A stretch of DNA of 63,779 nt, the filler included, from Collodictyon triciliatum (lineage: Eukaryota): assembly GCA_043381765.1 (NCBI GenBank). It is 13 parts of 13 records of this genome, joined end to end, with 100 filler letters (N's around TTAATTAATTAA, not from the genome) between each part and the next. Parts side by side here need not be neighbours in the genome. Positions count along the whole stretch, not along the records: positions 30,287 to 35,230 come from JBHJMP010005620.1; positions 35,331 to 40,274 come from JBHJMP010005621.1; positions 40,375 to 45,316 come from JBHJMP010005622.1; 10 more parts are not named here. One strand, 5' to 3'. Positions 30,468 through 43,361 of this stretch are shown in pieces. The position numbers and the translations under genes are program-made. The notes below the pieces were generated by a model, which had not been told where the DNA came from, searched no databases, and saw only the letters and a list, made by a program, of their open reading frames with translations. Position 1 is the first letter of the stretch, and the number at the start of each line of letters is the position of its first letter.

Positions 30468-33400
30468 TTTCATTATTCACACCACTGGGGAATTCCACCC
30501 AATCAGGGTGCCCAAACTCGTTACCCTTTAAAAAATATTGATTTATAAATAAGTCACGAAGATTACGAAAACTTCTATCATCATGCTCAAATTGAAAGGA
30601 AGAATAAATAAATAAGTCCCAAGGATTATGAACGAGCGACCACAATTGAAAGTTAAAAAAAAAATGTAAATACATACCATGAAGTTCAGATACCCATTCG
30701 ATGCCACGGTAAACGTAAGAAGCCTGTCAGAGCAGGAACGATTTAAGCAACTCCTCCAGTAAACAAACATCATATCAAGAAATACACACCTTGTTATCTT
30801 GAGCAGAGCGATGCCTCGATCGCAGACAGACGTTTCTCGTGAAAAGCGGCTCATCCCCTGGTTCATGGACATTCCCATTAGTCGGTGCGCAAGTGGCCGC
30901 TCGTCTCCCAGGGACTGGTCATGACATTCGACGTAATTTATCGTCTTTTCCTGCATATTGATTTGATCAGCTGTGGATTGGATATTATTATCACATACTA
31001 GTTACTGTATTTTACCTTCAATTATATTTTTCAAAGAAAAAAGAAAGAAAAAGGTAGCTATGAAAGAATTCAGAATAAAATTGAATAGTTTATACGTCTA
31101 TTCTGCGATTGCTCAAATGATTCATAATGTCTTGAATGCTCCACTCGCGTTCCTATACATATAATTTAGATAAGGATTTCTTAAAATAAAGAAGCTAAGT
31201 CCAGTGTAACAAAAAAGAAAGATTAATCAAAATTGATATATCGTAATTGATTTTTTGCTTGACTTACATCAACAGTTTCAATCAAAGACACCCACATATC
31301 TGGAATCGACATTGATAATCTGTAGTCAAATCCTATGCCGCCCAAGTGGACAGGACGACAAAGTGTTGGAAATCCGGATACATCTATTGGGATTGAGCAT
31401 TCGGGATATGATGATTTGATCTATTAGAAGGGCTAGCATGATTTTTACTTATTCACCAATTCACTTTATGTATTCTTTTCACTTGATTATTTTGTTTGTT
31501 TGTTTGTTTGTTTTTTTAAAAAAAAAAGCTATGCGTGTAGAGTTATAAGTACTCATGCAAATAGAAACACGAAACCAACCTTCCGCGATGGTAATTATGT
31601 TCGAATCGATAGAATGAAGCATAGTATTTGCCTAATGTGTGATGCTATCATTCAGAAGACTCTTGGTATGCTAAATATATGGACTGTTGTCTCTTTTTTC
31701 CCTCTTTATACGATTCAAAATGGTATATTGTTGTGTTTTAAAAGTTTTTTTTTTACCAGCATCAGGTATATTATTGCGTTTTCATCAAGTCGTTTTGCTT
31801 CATAATCGGAGTAGTTTCCAGAAAAATCTAAGTCAAGTCCATGCTCTTTATATATCATCGATGTAATGCTATCAAAGCGAAAGCCATCAAAATGGTATTC
31901 CTCATAGTAGAATCTTAAATTTGACAACAGAAATCTGATGACCTCGATGTCGCCGTAATTAAAAAGACGGCTAGAAGACGCGTAATTATACATATATGAG
32001 ATTAAAATTTTAGGAATATATACATATATTGCAATTGCCTTCTACGAATAGGTTTTTTTTTTATTCTTCCTTTCAATTTTGTGCATCCTTCTACGAATAG
32101 GTTATTAAATTGGTTACACTCTATAATGAAAGCATGTATATCAAGTGGGGGTGGAGAAAAGCACCTTTTCCAATTTGGATGTATCCCTCGATTTCCTGGA
32201 ATAAAATATCCACTGTCTGTCCCATCCATCATGTTAAGGCCATCTATGGAGTTGCTACTTGCGTGACTGTGTACAACGTCAAGTATCACTGCGAGTCCCA
32301 TACCATGAGCCTCGTCAATAAGGTCTTTCAAATCTTCTGGTGTTCCTGAAAGTAGAAAACAGTCAGATAGTAAATGAATAAAGAATATATATATAAAAAA
32401 AACAGAAAAACAGAAAAATTACCGAATCTGCTGGAGATAGAAAAAAAATTGGTCACTAAGTAGCCATAGCTTGCGTAGTAACTGTGTTCCATAACACCCA
32501 TTAGTTGGACGCAGTTGTATCCCCCTTTCTATATTGGTTATGGAATAAGCACGAGAATGATGCATAATGAGATAACTCTAATTACCTTCCGAATCTATTT
32601 TTTGTTGCTATTGTTTTTGGTATTTGATGTAAAATGATAAACAATTACCTTAATTCTTGGGAGGACATTCCTAGTAAAGTATTTAAAAGTGGCAACTTTA
32701 GGCTCGTTCGACGACATTCCGACTAATCAATCAAATATTATTAGGGGAAAATGGTACCGCCTCTACTGTGATTATTATACTTCTTTCTGTATTATCTCCT
32801 TAGAAGATAAAAATCAAGGCTATTGAGAGCTCTTTATGTCTAAAAATGAGTTCTAATATTGAAAGATTTATGAAAATTACTATGGGCCTCATATATCCGT
32901 GGTGCTGTGTTCCTTTGAGGGCGAGCATATCTCCAAGCATATGCATTGGGGGGATTCCACATGACACCTAAAATGAATGAACAAAGTTGGCTATCGGGTT
33001 CTATGTTTATTCTTAAGAAAATGTTGGAATAATAAAGCGTTGTGGGTGTTTAAAGGCGAGAGATAAGCGCTATAAATACCCTCGAGGTATGGTTTCCCAA
33101 TATCCTGGGTGGTCATCCTAATCCAAGCGGGTATTCTATCAAACACCTTGCCATTAATGTCTTTGATGGTTAGCTTGACCTAAGTTAATTTTCAAAAGAT
33201 TAATACAAGACTAATGGTCGAAAAGTTGGAATCCAATAACGAGATATAAAATCTTTGGAATGAATAAATAAGATGAATTTTAAACATATATTCTGATTAA
33301 TGTTCTATATTTTTATTAGGATTATACACGTCTACATAACTATTGTGACCTTTGAATCGAATAAAGGGAAAAAAAATATAATTATTGTGACGTAGAGAAA

Positions 33401-34324
33401 TTAGACCTACCTTGCTTCTGTGTGGAATCATCGGGCTACCATCTGCGTTATCAGGAAGGAATATTGAAAATATACCGTTGGTTGTATAGTTAAGTTTGTG
33501 ACTAGCCCGGTTCCAATTATCTATGTTTTTTCTTCAATTAGATATAAAATACTTGATGGTATACAAGCTTCTGGATACTATTGTGATGAAAGAGATAAAT
33601 CACCCATAAAATTTGATATTGTTTATTATTTGCTATTAATGTAGTTGTGTGTCCTTTAGCGATAATTATCTATTAACATGATATTACTGAATTCCCCGGT
33701 GAGAAATGCATTCATCGCTTGCGGGAGCCATTCACGATATATAAACCCGCCTTCCACACGATTAAATCCAAACCGACGATATCCAAGGGAAAATTTCTGG
33801 TAGCAGGCAACATAATGTGAATCGAAACAATAAAGGCCAAAAATATGGATAACCTTCTCTGAGAAGCAGAAAAAAATAATTGTTATATGGGGATTATAAG
33901 ACATTTCAGGTTTTAGGATTCACTGACGGGTAAACTCCCTTCCATAAGTTCGATTCCAGCCTTTACTGAATAATATTTGCGATATCTGTATGGAGAAGGA
34001 AATGAGAGATAGTATTTTCAATAATTATATGACATGAGAAAATATCGACCTTTCAAGGACTTCCGCAGCAAGCGGTTCAAGAAAAGGATCCTCTGCAACG
34101 ACAGGCAGTAAACCGCGGTCAGAGCACGAAGGGCTTGCTTGTCTTGGTGGGGGCGATGGAATCGGACAGGGTGAACCGCAATCTCTCTGTGAGTCGTTTT
34201 CATTGGCATCGTGTCGGTGCTGCTGCTTGCATATTGGGGTCAGCGCAGATAGCTTCTCGTGGGAACGTGGGCGGGCGAGAAAGCGGCCGGTGGGTGTACG
34301 CGGTCGTCGGAGAAGTCGGGTCAT
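30468..34324 (-). CDS. GBE1: 1,4-alpha-glucan (glycogen) branching enzyme, GH13; 3'-truncated
   Basis: Exons encode [105 protein letters not shown]. Confidence 0.95.
31685..31735 (-). mobile_element. Degenerate copy of the ultra-short A-tailed insertion (GBE1 intron)
   Basis: Minus strand reads ATTTTGAATCGTATAAAGAGGGAAAAAAG, with a weak flanking repeat (ACAACA). Confidence 0.45.
33341..33391 (+). mobile_element. Ultra-short A-tailed insertion with target-site duplication (GBE1 intron)
   Basis: TATTGTGAC (33341-33349) + CTTTGAATCGAATAAAGGGAAAAAAAA + TATAAT + TATTGTGAC (33383-33391). The repeat extends to ATAAyTATTGTGAC. Confidence 0.8.
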
Positions 34325-35192
34325 TGCTTGCTGCTGTGTGTGTGGGGGGAAATCGGTTGGTTCTGAAACGTGATGTCGATTTGTATTATGTTGGGTGCTT
34401 TCGTGTCATGGATAATTCTGCTGAAGATTATGCGTGTTTGTTTATTTATTGGTTGTTTGTTTTGTTTATTTGTTTATTGTTTATTTGCTGCTTCTGTTAA
34501 CTTGTGTAAAGTGGGGGATTTGGCCTTGGCTTGCAACCCCTTCAAGATCTCACATGCGTTGTTTTTTGTTTTTTGTTTTTGCTCTTTCTTTTAGGCTGAA
34601 TATAGGTGATGAAACGGGATAGGCGGTGCTTTGTTGCTAAGGTTGAGTCACGATTATGTTTGTGAGAAATGATGGGCTTTTTCGACATATGTGCAAGTCT
34701 CTTCTTAGAATGATGTGTTTAAGCCAGAGGAGAACGACGATGTGTTAGACATAAAAATGAAAAAGAACAAGTGGGCGTAGAGAGGGAAGAAAAATAAAAG
34801 GGAGGCAATTGATCTGTACGTGAAAGAGTAAAGACTCGTATTTGATTCAATGTAAGGCTTTTTAGACGAGATGAAGGAAGAAAAAAAAAGGTTGAGTAAA
34901 ATAAAAAGTAATATTTTGTGTGAGGATACGACTGATATACGCCAGGCAACGCCATGAAGATCATATGCTTGGCCAAACGAACAAGTATAAATTTGAGTTT
35001 CTTTACAGAAAGATACCCCCGTCCTGAGTGGTTTTTGGGAAGTTTCGTTTTTTTGAGTTGACTCGCCCACCTGACGCAGCAAACTAGGTATTGGAAATCC
35101 TTCCCCGTGGGTGTATTGTATTGTTTTTTTTTTGTTTTTTGTTTTTTTGTTTTTTTGTTTTTTTTGTTTTTTTTGTTTTTTTTGTTTTTTTT

Positions 35193-35230
<38 letters not shown>

Positions 35231-35346
35231 NNNNNNNNNNNNNNNNNNNNNNNNNNNNNNNNNNNNNNNNNNNNTTAATTAATTAANNNNNNNNNNNNNN
35301 NNNNNNNNNNNNNNNNNNNNNNNNNNNNNNAATAGAAGAAAAAAAG

Positions 35347-35405
<59 letters not shown>

Positions 35406-36369
35406 AGAAGAAAACAAAACAAAAAAAAAAGAGAAAAGAAATGTAGTGAGCAGGTGAATGTCAAAGAAAAAAGAAGAAAACAGAAAACAGAAAAAAAAAC
35501 AAAACAGAAACAGAAGAAAACAAAACAAAACAGAAGAAAACGTAAGAAAACATAAGAAAACATAAGAAAACATAAGAAAAAATAAGAAAACATAAGAAAA
35601 CAGAAAAAAGAAAAGAAAAGAGAAGAGAAGAAAACAGAAGAAAACAGAAGAAAACAGAAGAAAACAGAAGAAAACAGAATAAAAGAGAAAAAGTAAACGA
35701 AAAGAAATGTGGTGAGCAGGTGAATGTCAAAGAAAAAACCGAGGCTAATCGCACTGTGGAGCCAATAAACACAACAAAACACTTCGCCGAATAATCAAAC
35801 AACTGCTTATGCAACAGACAACAGTGCAGTCAGTCAAGATACCGAGAGCCTTCAAGTAAGTCGATGAATATAATATAAAACAGAATAAAGGCACACAAAG
35901 CGAGTGCATGTATCGCTACAGCCCACCATCATCATGGGCGCAAGAAACAGAAAAGATTGTGTCCATGAAGCTGACATTGCAACATTTAACCAAGCGAAAA
36001 ATAAAAAATAATGTGAATGAATCAAATGAAAGCATACACCTCAGTAGCACAATGATAACCAACACATAATCATTCTTTTAGCCTGAGACACATACTCAAG
36101 GTCTATTATCAAACAAACAGGAGACGTGTCACGTTTATCGGCAACTGCTGGAAAGGTTACGTTGGTTTTTTTATTATTCTTTTCATCCAGCCTTTGCAAA
36201 CAAGCTGGCAGTCGTCTGCACTCACTCAGTTTGGCGGTCATCGGGATAGTACTCACTTGTACTTGTTTTTGTGGAAAGAGTGGTGTATGGGTGGATGAAT
36301 GGGTTGTTTAGATGGGGTGGGTGGCAGACGAGCCACTCATTGGGTCAGCATCTTCTGTGCATTCATCAT

Positions 36370-39300
36370 TCACTTTTCTGCATCTTTCGTCTCGGAATGG
36401 TCTGCACCATACACATGCTCATACACCTTCTTGGCTTTTTGATACATGTCGGCAGCCTCTTGGTATTTCTCCTGGTTCATAAGTAGGCTACCAATATTGT
36501 AGTATGTATCCCCAACACCAGGGTGATTCTCTCCATATACTTTCAGAGTAATTTCAAGGTCTTTGTGATAGTACTCCAGAGTTTTGTCATTCCTATTAAA
36601 TAATGAGTTAAAGAAAGGATAAACATAAATTTATAATAATAAAAGATACTTTCCAAGGTCATCGTAAACGTTTCCAATATTATTATATGAAGCGGCAACA
36701 TCAGGGTGGGTCTCTCCATATACTTTCAGTCGAATTTCCAGTGATTTGTGGTAGTACTCCAGAGCTTTATCATGTCTATTAAATTGTAAGTTAATGAAGA
36801 ATAACCATTAACAGATAATCAAATGAACATACTCTCCGAGGTTATAGTAAACGCTTCCAATATTATTATATGAAGTGGCAACACCAGGGTGGACTTCTCC
36901 AAACACTTTCAGTGTAATTTCAAGGTCTTTGTGATAGTATTCCAGAGCTTTGTCATGTCTAATAAATAATAAGTTAATGAAGGATACATATAAATACTCA
37001 TAATCAAATAAAACATACTTTCCAAGGTTATCGTAAACCAGTCCCATGTTATTATATGAAGCGGCAACATCAGGGTGGATTTCTCCATACACTTTCAGTG
37101 TAATATCAAGGTCTTTGTGATAGTATTCCAGAGCCTTGTCATGTCTATTCAATAATAAGTTATTGAAAGGATAAACATATATACATAGTCGAATAAAACA
37201 TACTTTCCAAGTTGACCATAAACTACCCCAATATTATTGTATGAATTGGCAACATCAGTGTGCACTTCTCCAAACACTTTCTGTCGGATTTCCAATGATT
37301 TGTGATAGTATTCCAGTGCTTTTTCATTACTATTAAATAATAAGTCAATTAAACGATAAATAAACATGTATATAATCAAATAAATCATACTTTCCAAGTT
37401 GACGATAAACTATTCCCAGAAAATTCAGATTTTTGCTGTTCGAACCTAATACAAATGAACAAAAGTTAGCAACACACCCATAAAATCCAAATCAAATGAC
37501 CAAACCCTCATCCGCCTCAACAGAAATGCGGTGCTCAAGAATCGGAATCAAAAAGGCATTCTCTTGAATTTGCTGAAAATATTCAACCAACGCAGAGCCA
37601 GCAGGATTCAGTTGCTGTTGTACATACCCATTATAATAAATTCAATATTGACATATGTAATTGAGTTTTATCACCTTGGCCAACTCACGATAGACAACTT
37701 TGTGGTCATATCCGTTCTTATTCAGCACTCTCCAACATTCATAAAACTCGAAGCGATAGTTGCCATTCAGCATGCTCACAACAACCTAAAGACTACATTA
37801 CAACAGATGTCACAGTAATAAAAAAAATCCACAATTTAACCTTTTCACTCTTCATAAAGTCCACCAGTTTATCATATTCGCTCGAAATCCTCAGATTATA
37901 ACATATTTCGGCAACAACACTCTTGTCTTCTGCGCCAGAGCCGTATTCACCCAGCAGCCACAATCCATATTCACGCGCTTCACTTGTTGTGTATGCTTCA
38001 TCATCAAAGTATCGCTCTTTGATGGATTGTGTCAGCAGCTGATGAGAGAATGCGTATCTAAGATAAGATATTGTGATTAGTAATTACGACCATTAAGAAA
38101 CATATGAATACCTGTATCACCTCCCGTTCCTCACAAAGAGCGAATCCAGCAAGACAAAAAGAAATGATTTCCTAAAATAAAAAATACAATTTATCAAAAG
38201 TGAGAAGTATGAATCATATGACAGGACACGATATACCAGGTTGCATGGTTGATTTGCATATGCATTTGGTTAAGTCGATGCTCCATGTATTTGTCCAGCT
38301 CGTTTTCATCAAGACCGATGCGCGACACATAAAGGACACCGATGGACAGACGAACAATATCTTTTCCTAAAATAACACATAAATCAATAAAATCATATTT
38401 TAAACTACTATTTCATATGGATCACAAAACCATATTTCTTTTCCCAGCGACTCATCACAAGGTCGAACAAATTGACAACTCCCTTTGTCTCCAGCATTTC
38501 ATGAAGCTCGGTGTCTACTCTTTCGTACACTCCAAACACACGAAGATCATCCAGCACAATGCGCAGGTAGAGTGGATGACCTGTTCTCGTATTCACAATT
38601 AAAAAAATATGTGTCCTAACAGTAAAATATAAAAATATTCGAATTATTAGCTATAATCACCAGTATCATCACGGTCACTCAGTATCATTTCCATCTGTTT
38701 CTCGTTCAAGGTCTTGTTGTAGCGCTTGAAGAACGAGGTGGCTGCTTGTCTGATTCCGACATCGTCAAGCTTCGATACAGGAATGACATCTAGCCCTGCT
38801 GACCTGGCAACCTATTCAAAAGCTATTGGTTTAATCCAAATGTATTATATCCTCAAAAAAATTAACAAACATCGCATGATTCGTGGGTGTCGATGGTTGA
38901 TGTGACGATGGAAGTGTTCTTTGGTGTCTTTTTGGGAAGCCATTCAAGGCGGTGGACGTGCTTGTTTTGCTCTGAATTGACCAACTGGTTGTATGCATCG
39001 ATGACCAAGACAACCTGCTTTTTTCTGTATTGATGGCTTGTCAGATATTATATTTATTTTAATTGAAACAGATTATTAAAATCGACTCATTTCTTGATGC
39101 AAGCTTGAGTATGTAGTCTAGTCCCTTCTTCAAATCTTCCTTCCCTACAACAAAGGCATAAAACCAAAATGAGTGCTCATTTAAATTATTGAATTAAAAA
39201 TAAAAAAGAAATAAAAATTAATTATCATTTGACATGTGAACCTTCTTCGGAGTCAAGGTTCAGTTCGATTGCTTCATTTTCAACAAGAATGCGAGCTACA

Positions 39301-40274
39301 CGCTCCACCAAACTATAACGAATGGTGATTAATACTTATATGACCAATTAACATATTTTAACTTACTATAGTATTCGATTATTCTTACTTTTCAACATAG
39401 TTACTCAGGTTTGAGCATCCGACAAAGTGGTAGATGACTACTATATTCGACTTTTTGCCCGCATTCAGTTCACGAACCAGCCCGCTCATAATCGTCGATT
39501 TGCCAATACCAGACTCTGCTCCAACAACGGTAATATTAGAACCGTCAGTATCGAGCTGCAGTATCGCTTTCTCCTTCAAAATGGCCAAAATGTTGTCTCT
39601 TCCTTCCAATCCAATCAGTCGATGTCGCATAAACTGCTCATGCGCCATGTCCTCAGGATGCTTATGCTGCAAGGTTTTGATATTATAATGAGGGCGCCAA
39701 AAATATCCTTAAAGTTAACTTAATATTGATTATACTAAAAAAATTGCTTTGAAAACAAACCTCTTGGTCGGGAAAATCCTTGTCAATTGCTTCCATCAAA
39801 TCATCAACCATCATCGAGACAAGCTGCTGGGGTGTCTTGTATGGCTTGACTTCAAACACATTTCCAATCTTTTCTTTCAATCCATCCTGGTTTTCTCTCT
39901 GAAATTAAGGCTTCATATGAGTTTTTAAATTATTGAACCATTATAAAGAGAAACAGTCCAAAGTTCTTTCTGCTTACGTCCTTTTCATTGACTGGGCGAT
40001 ATAATGCACGCTCTGCATCGGTTTCAGCAACGTGGTTGACTGCATGTTCTTCGTCGCGGGAATAGAAGAGTGCACGTCGGGCAACAGGATTTGCTTTCAG
40101 AGCACCGTGAACAATCTATTTGATATCATCGATGTTAGAGACTGATAGTGATAAATACAAATATTTGACTATAAGTGGATATACAGTATAAATGAACCTC
40201 GTAGTCAGTCACACTGAGACCCCTAATCTCCTTGAGGTATGGAAACTTCAAGTCCGTGTCTGGATGCCATTCAG
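36370..40274 (-). CDS. NLR-like DUF4062-type/NACHT(STAND)-TPR protein, copy B (NPHP3/TEP1-like architecture), 5'-truncated
   Basis: In order: SVTDYE/IVHGAL...ALFYSRD (DUF4062-type end), Walker A GAESGIGKST, YHFVG, Walker B VVLVIDAYNQL, LEWLP, G/HPLYL (GxP). Then 126-nt TPR exons 37204-37329, 37019-37144, 36833-36958 and 36650-36775, and terminal exon 36370-36592. Confidence 0.9.
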
Positions 40275-40574
40275 NNNNNNNNNNNNNNNNNNNNNNNNNN
40301 NNNNNNNNNNNNNNNNNNTTAATTAATTAANNNNNNNNNNNNNNNNNNNNNNNNNNNNNNNNNNNNNNNNNNNNAAAAAAAAAAAACAAAAAACAAAAAA
40401 AAAAAAAAAAAAAAAAAAACAAAAAAACAAAAAAACAAAAAAACAAAAAAACAAAAAAACAAAAAAACAAAAAAACAAAATAAACAAAAAAATAAACAAA
40501 ATAAACAAAAAAAAACACCCACACACAAAATCACAACCTCCACTGCAAACGCGCAGAGCAACACGCAGCCACGA

Positions 40575-42921
40575 ATGAGCCACGAGGGCGGACTCCTTGC
40601 CGAGGGGAAGACCAAGAGCGTGCACGAATGGACAGAGTCGCCCGACCTCGCCCTGCTGCGCAACAAAAGCCAGATCACCGCACACGACGACCCGTCCTTC
40701 ACGCGGCAGTTCCTGAGCAAAGCTGTCCACGCAACAAACACCACGTGCGCCGTCTTTGAGCTCCTCAAGAACTCGGGGATCCCCGTCTCGTATGTGCGCC
40801 AACACTCAGAGACAGAGTTCATCGCCTTCCGCTCGCAGATGCTGCCTCTCGAAATCGTTGCCCGCCGCTATGCTGTGGGTTCCTACCTCAAGCGCCACCC
40901 GCATGCTCAGCCCGCCGATCCCAAGAAGCCTCTGCGCTTCCACACCCTCGAGACAGAGTTTTTCCTCAAGACCGTCGGATCTCTCTTCAACGGCCAAAAG
41001 TACCCCACAGACGATCCCATGCTCCGCTTCCCTGCCAGCAAGGTTCTTCTTTTCGCCTCCATTGGCTTTTGCATGCGTCATGTGTCGTGCGTTGTTTACT
41101 TGCAAGCCTTTCTGAATCTACAAAGCCTTTTTTTTTTCTTACGTGCATTTGTGGGTCAATGAGCTTATATGTATATAACCTGGGGAAAAAAAAAAAGAGA
41201 GGGTTCATACAAGTTATATGGCATATTCTCCAAAATCAATGCATTTTCATTTGAACACTCTGGTCGCATTTCAATAGTTTTTGAACTGATGTATATATAT
41301 CAGACACCTTCTGTTGACGGGCAGGAGACAGAAGAATTGTGGGACATCGTCCATCCTAAGATTCCAGCATGGGAAAGTGGTGCTGTGTTCGGTCAGGTAA
41401 AATCCTTCGATGTTCTAATCCCAGGAATCCAGTCGTCACAAGAAGTGCGCATTGCCAAAGTAAAGGTACGTGGCAGAATATTATTTGACCTCACAGCTGA
41501 TGCCTCACAAGATTTTTAGATTGCAGGTCATTACTCTAGTTAGTGTGATATGCTTTGCAAAGACCGGCTTTTAAAATGTTTGTTTTATATATTTGTTCCC
41601 AGGCAAATATCGCATATCTGGATGACCTTGTTCGCCGTGTTTTTTTGGTACTGGAAAAGGCTTGGAACAATCTCGGATTTACTCTGATTGACATGAAAAT
41701 TGAAGTAGATTCAGAGGGGCGTGTATGTATCCCCATATACCACGTCCTCTAAATAAAATTGCATAATTTTATTGGACACACTTTGAATCGAATATAGGAA
41801 AAAAATTTTTTATTGGACACTAATTTAGATGTCCTTCTCCCATCTATTTTATCCTCCATCGAAGTTAATATTTGAATTTCGTATAAACTGAGTACTTTGA
41901 AATTAAACGAAGGTGGCAGATGTGATTGATAGCGACAGCTGGAGATTATGGAAGAATGGGGAGGCTTTTGACAAGCAAGTTTTCCGTGACGGAGGAGAAG
42001 CTGTTCTTGGTGAGGTGGAGCGGAAATACGGCTTCATTGCAAACATGGCCAAGAGACTGCAAGTACCAGCTCAGGTACTTTCGGTAAAATGAAAGATAAT
42101 CAGGAAAGGAATTACAAATGTCTTTCATTCGTTTTTAGTCTCTATATATAATCTTGTTGAATGGCATCTGTAATTATCTATGAACCCTGGATACTTCAGG
42201 CTATCTTCTATTGGGACACAACTGCGGAAAGGTTTTTATTCATACATGCACATGAGAAATTCACAGGGCAGCCGAATGACATTTTAATTGTTATGACCTC
42301 CAATCATATTAAGCAATAATACATGCCCCACAGCAATGCGAGTGCAAATGATTTGCCTTCCATTCTTTCCACGAAGGAACTTCCTGGTGTCGAAACAGTG
42401 GTATGGAAAAGAGCCTTCAAACTGGGCGATTCTCAGGTTTGTTGCCCTTTGCAAGCTTAAATCTCACTATTTGTACCGCTTATATTATGCAGATCTTCGA
42501 CTCGTATAAACGTGCCTGCTTGCAATCATCTAACCCTTGTGCATTTGCATTAGATTATGACGGATATCAACGACGTCTTTTATCGCTTCCCACAAGGCGG
42601 AGTCGTTATCATCAAAGAAGATAATACCACCGTATCTGACTTAATTGCCCAATACAGCCCATTCCCTGGTATGGAGCGAGCGAATCTTGTTAATGCCGCC
42701 TCACCCTTCTAGTTCTGCATAGAGCCACTGCCCATATTGCTTTGAAAGCTCCCTGATAACTCCATACTTCCAAAACAGTCATTTCGCTCAACAGCCGCGC
42801 AAGCGAAGCAGTGCCGAACACATCTGCTCTAGTGGCCCGAGACACGCCGTTTGCCATCCGCCAAGCCCTACACTTCCTGTCGCAGACAAACCCGGCCATC
42901 TACGCCCGAGTCGCTTCTTAA
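40575..42921 (+). CDS. purC: SAICAR synthetase fused to a degenerate PurE-like C-terminal domain (PAICS-like architecture), ~8 exons
   Basis: LAEGKTK, MLPLEIVARRYAVGSYLKRHP, EFFLK, LIDMKIE and VADVIDSDSWRLW...DKQVFRD are PurC motifs. The C-terminal exons give FPQGGVVII...SPFP/VISL...LSQTNPAIYARVAS* (stop 42919-42921). Confidence 0.9.
41767..41820 (+). mobile_element. Ultra-short A-tailed insertion with 13-bp target-site duplication (purC intron)
   Basis: TTTTATTGGACAC (41767-41779) + ACTTTGAATCGAATATAGGAAAAAAA + TT + TTTTATTGGACAC (41808-41820). Confidence 0.8.
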
Positions 42922-43361
42922 GTCCCGTCTCCCCGCGTTAACCAAACAAACCCACACTTAAGCCTTGGTGTTGCCGTTAAAAAAGAAAAAGAAAGGGAGA
43001 TAGAGCATCATTTCGATTAAATAGCAAGAGCCCAACAAACCAACCCATGTTACCACCGTTGCCAGAAATTGTATAAATTATGCCCAGCCATGATATATCA
43101 TCTGTATTTTGGATAAAGGATAAGGGACTCAAAAGGATGCTTCCGGACACCAATGAATTCTGCGAGCGCATGTGGCGAGTTGCCAATGACACAAAAGCAT
43201 GCCCCAAGGGTGAGAAGAGTGAGGAAGGAATATTTGAAATCATGGTGATAGTAGACAGGGAAGAAACAGTGTGCACTCTGAGAACCGAAAAAAAAAAAAA
43301 GAAGAAAGCAATGACAACAAGCGTGTGTAAGGTTACTTTACTCGAGGCGTGGATGGGGACG

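Noticed and set aside
36370-36372. UGA reassignment (non-standard genetic code)
   Set aside because: ARF, the Sel1 gene and the OXR1-like gene end in TGA at expected positions, and conserved Trp residues use TGG.
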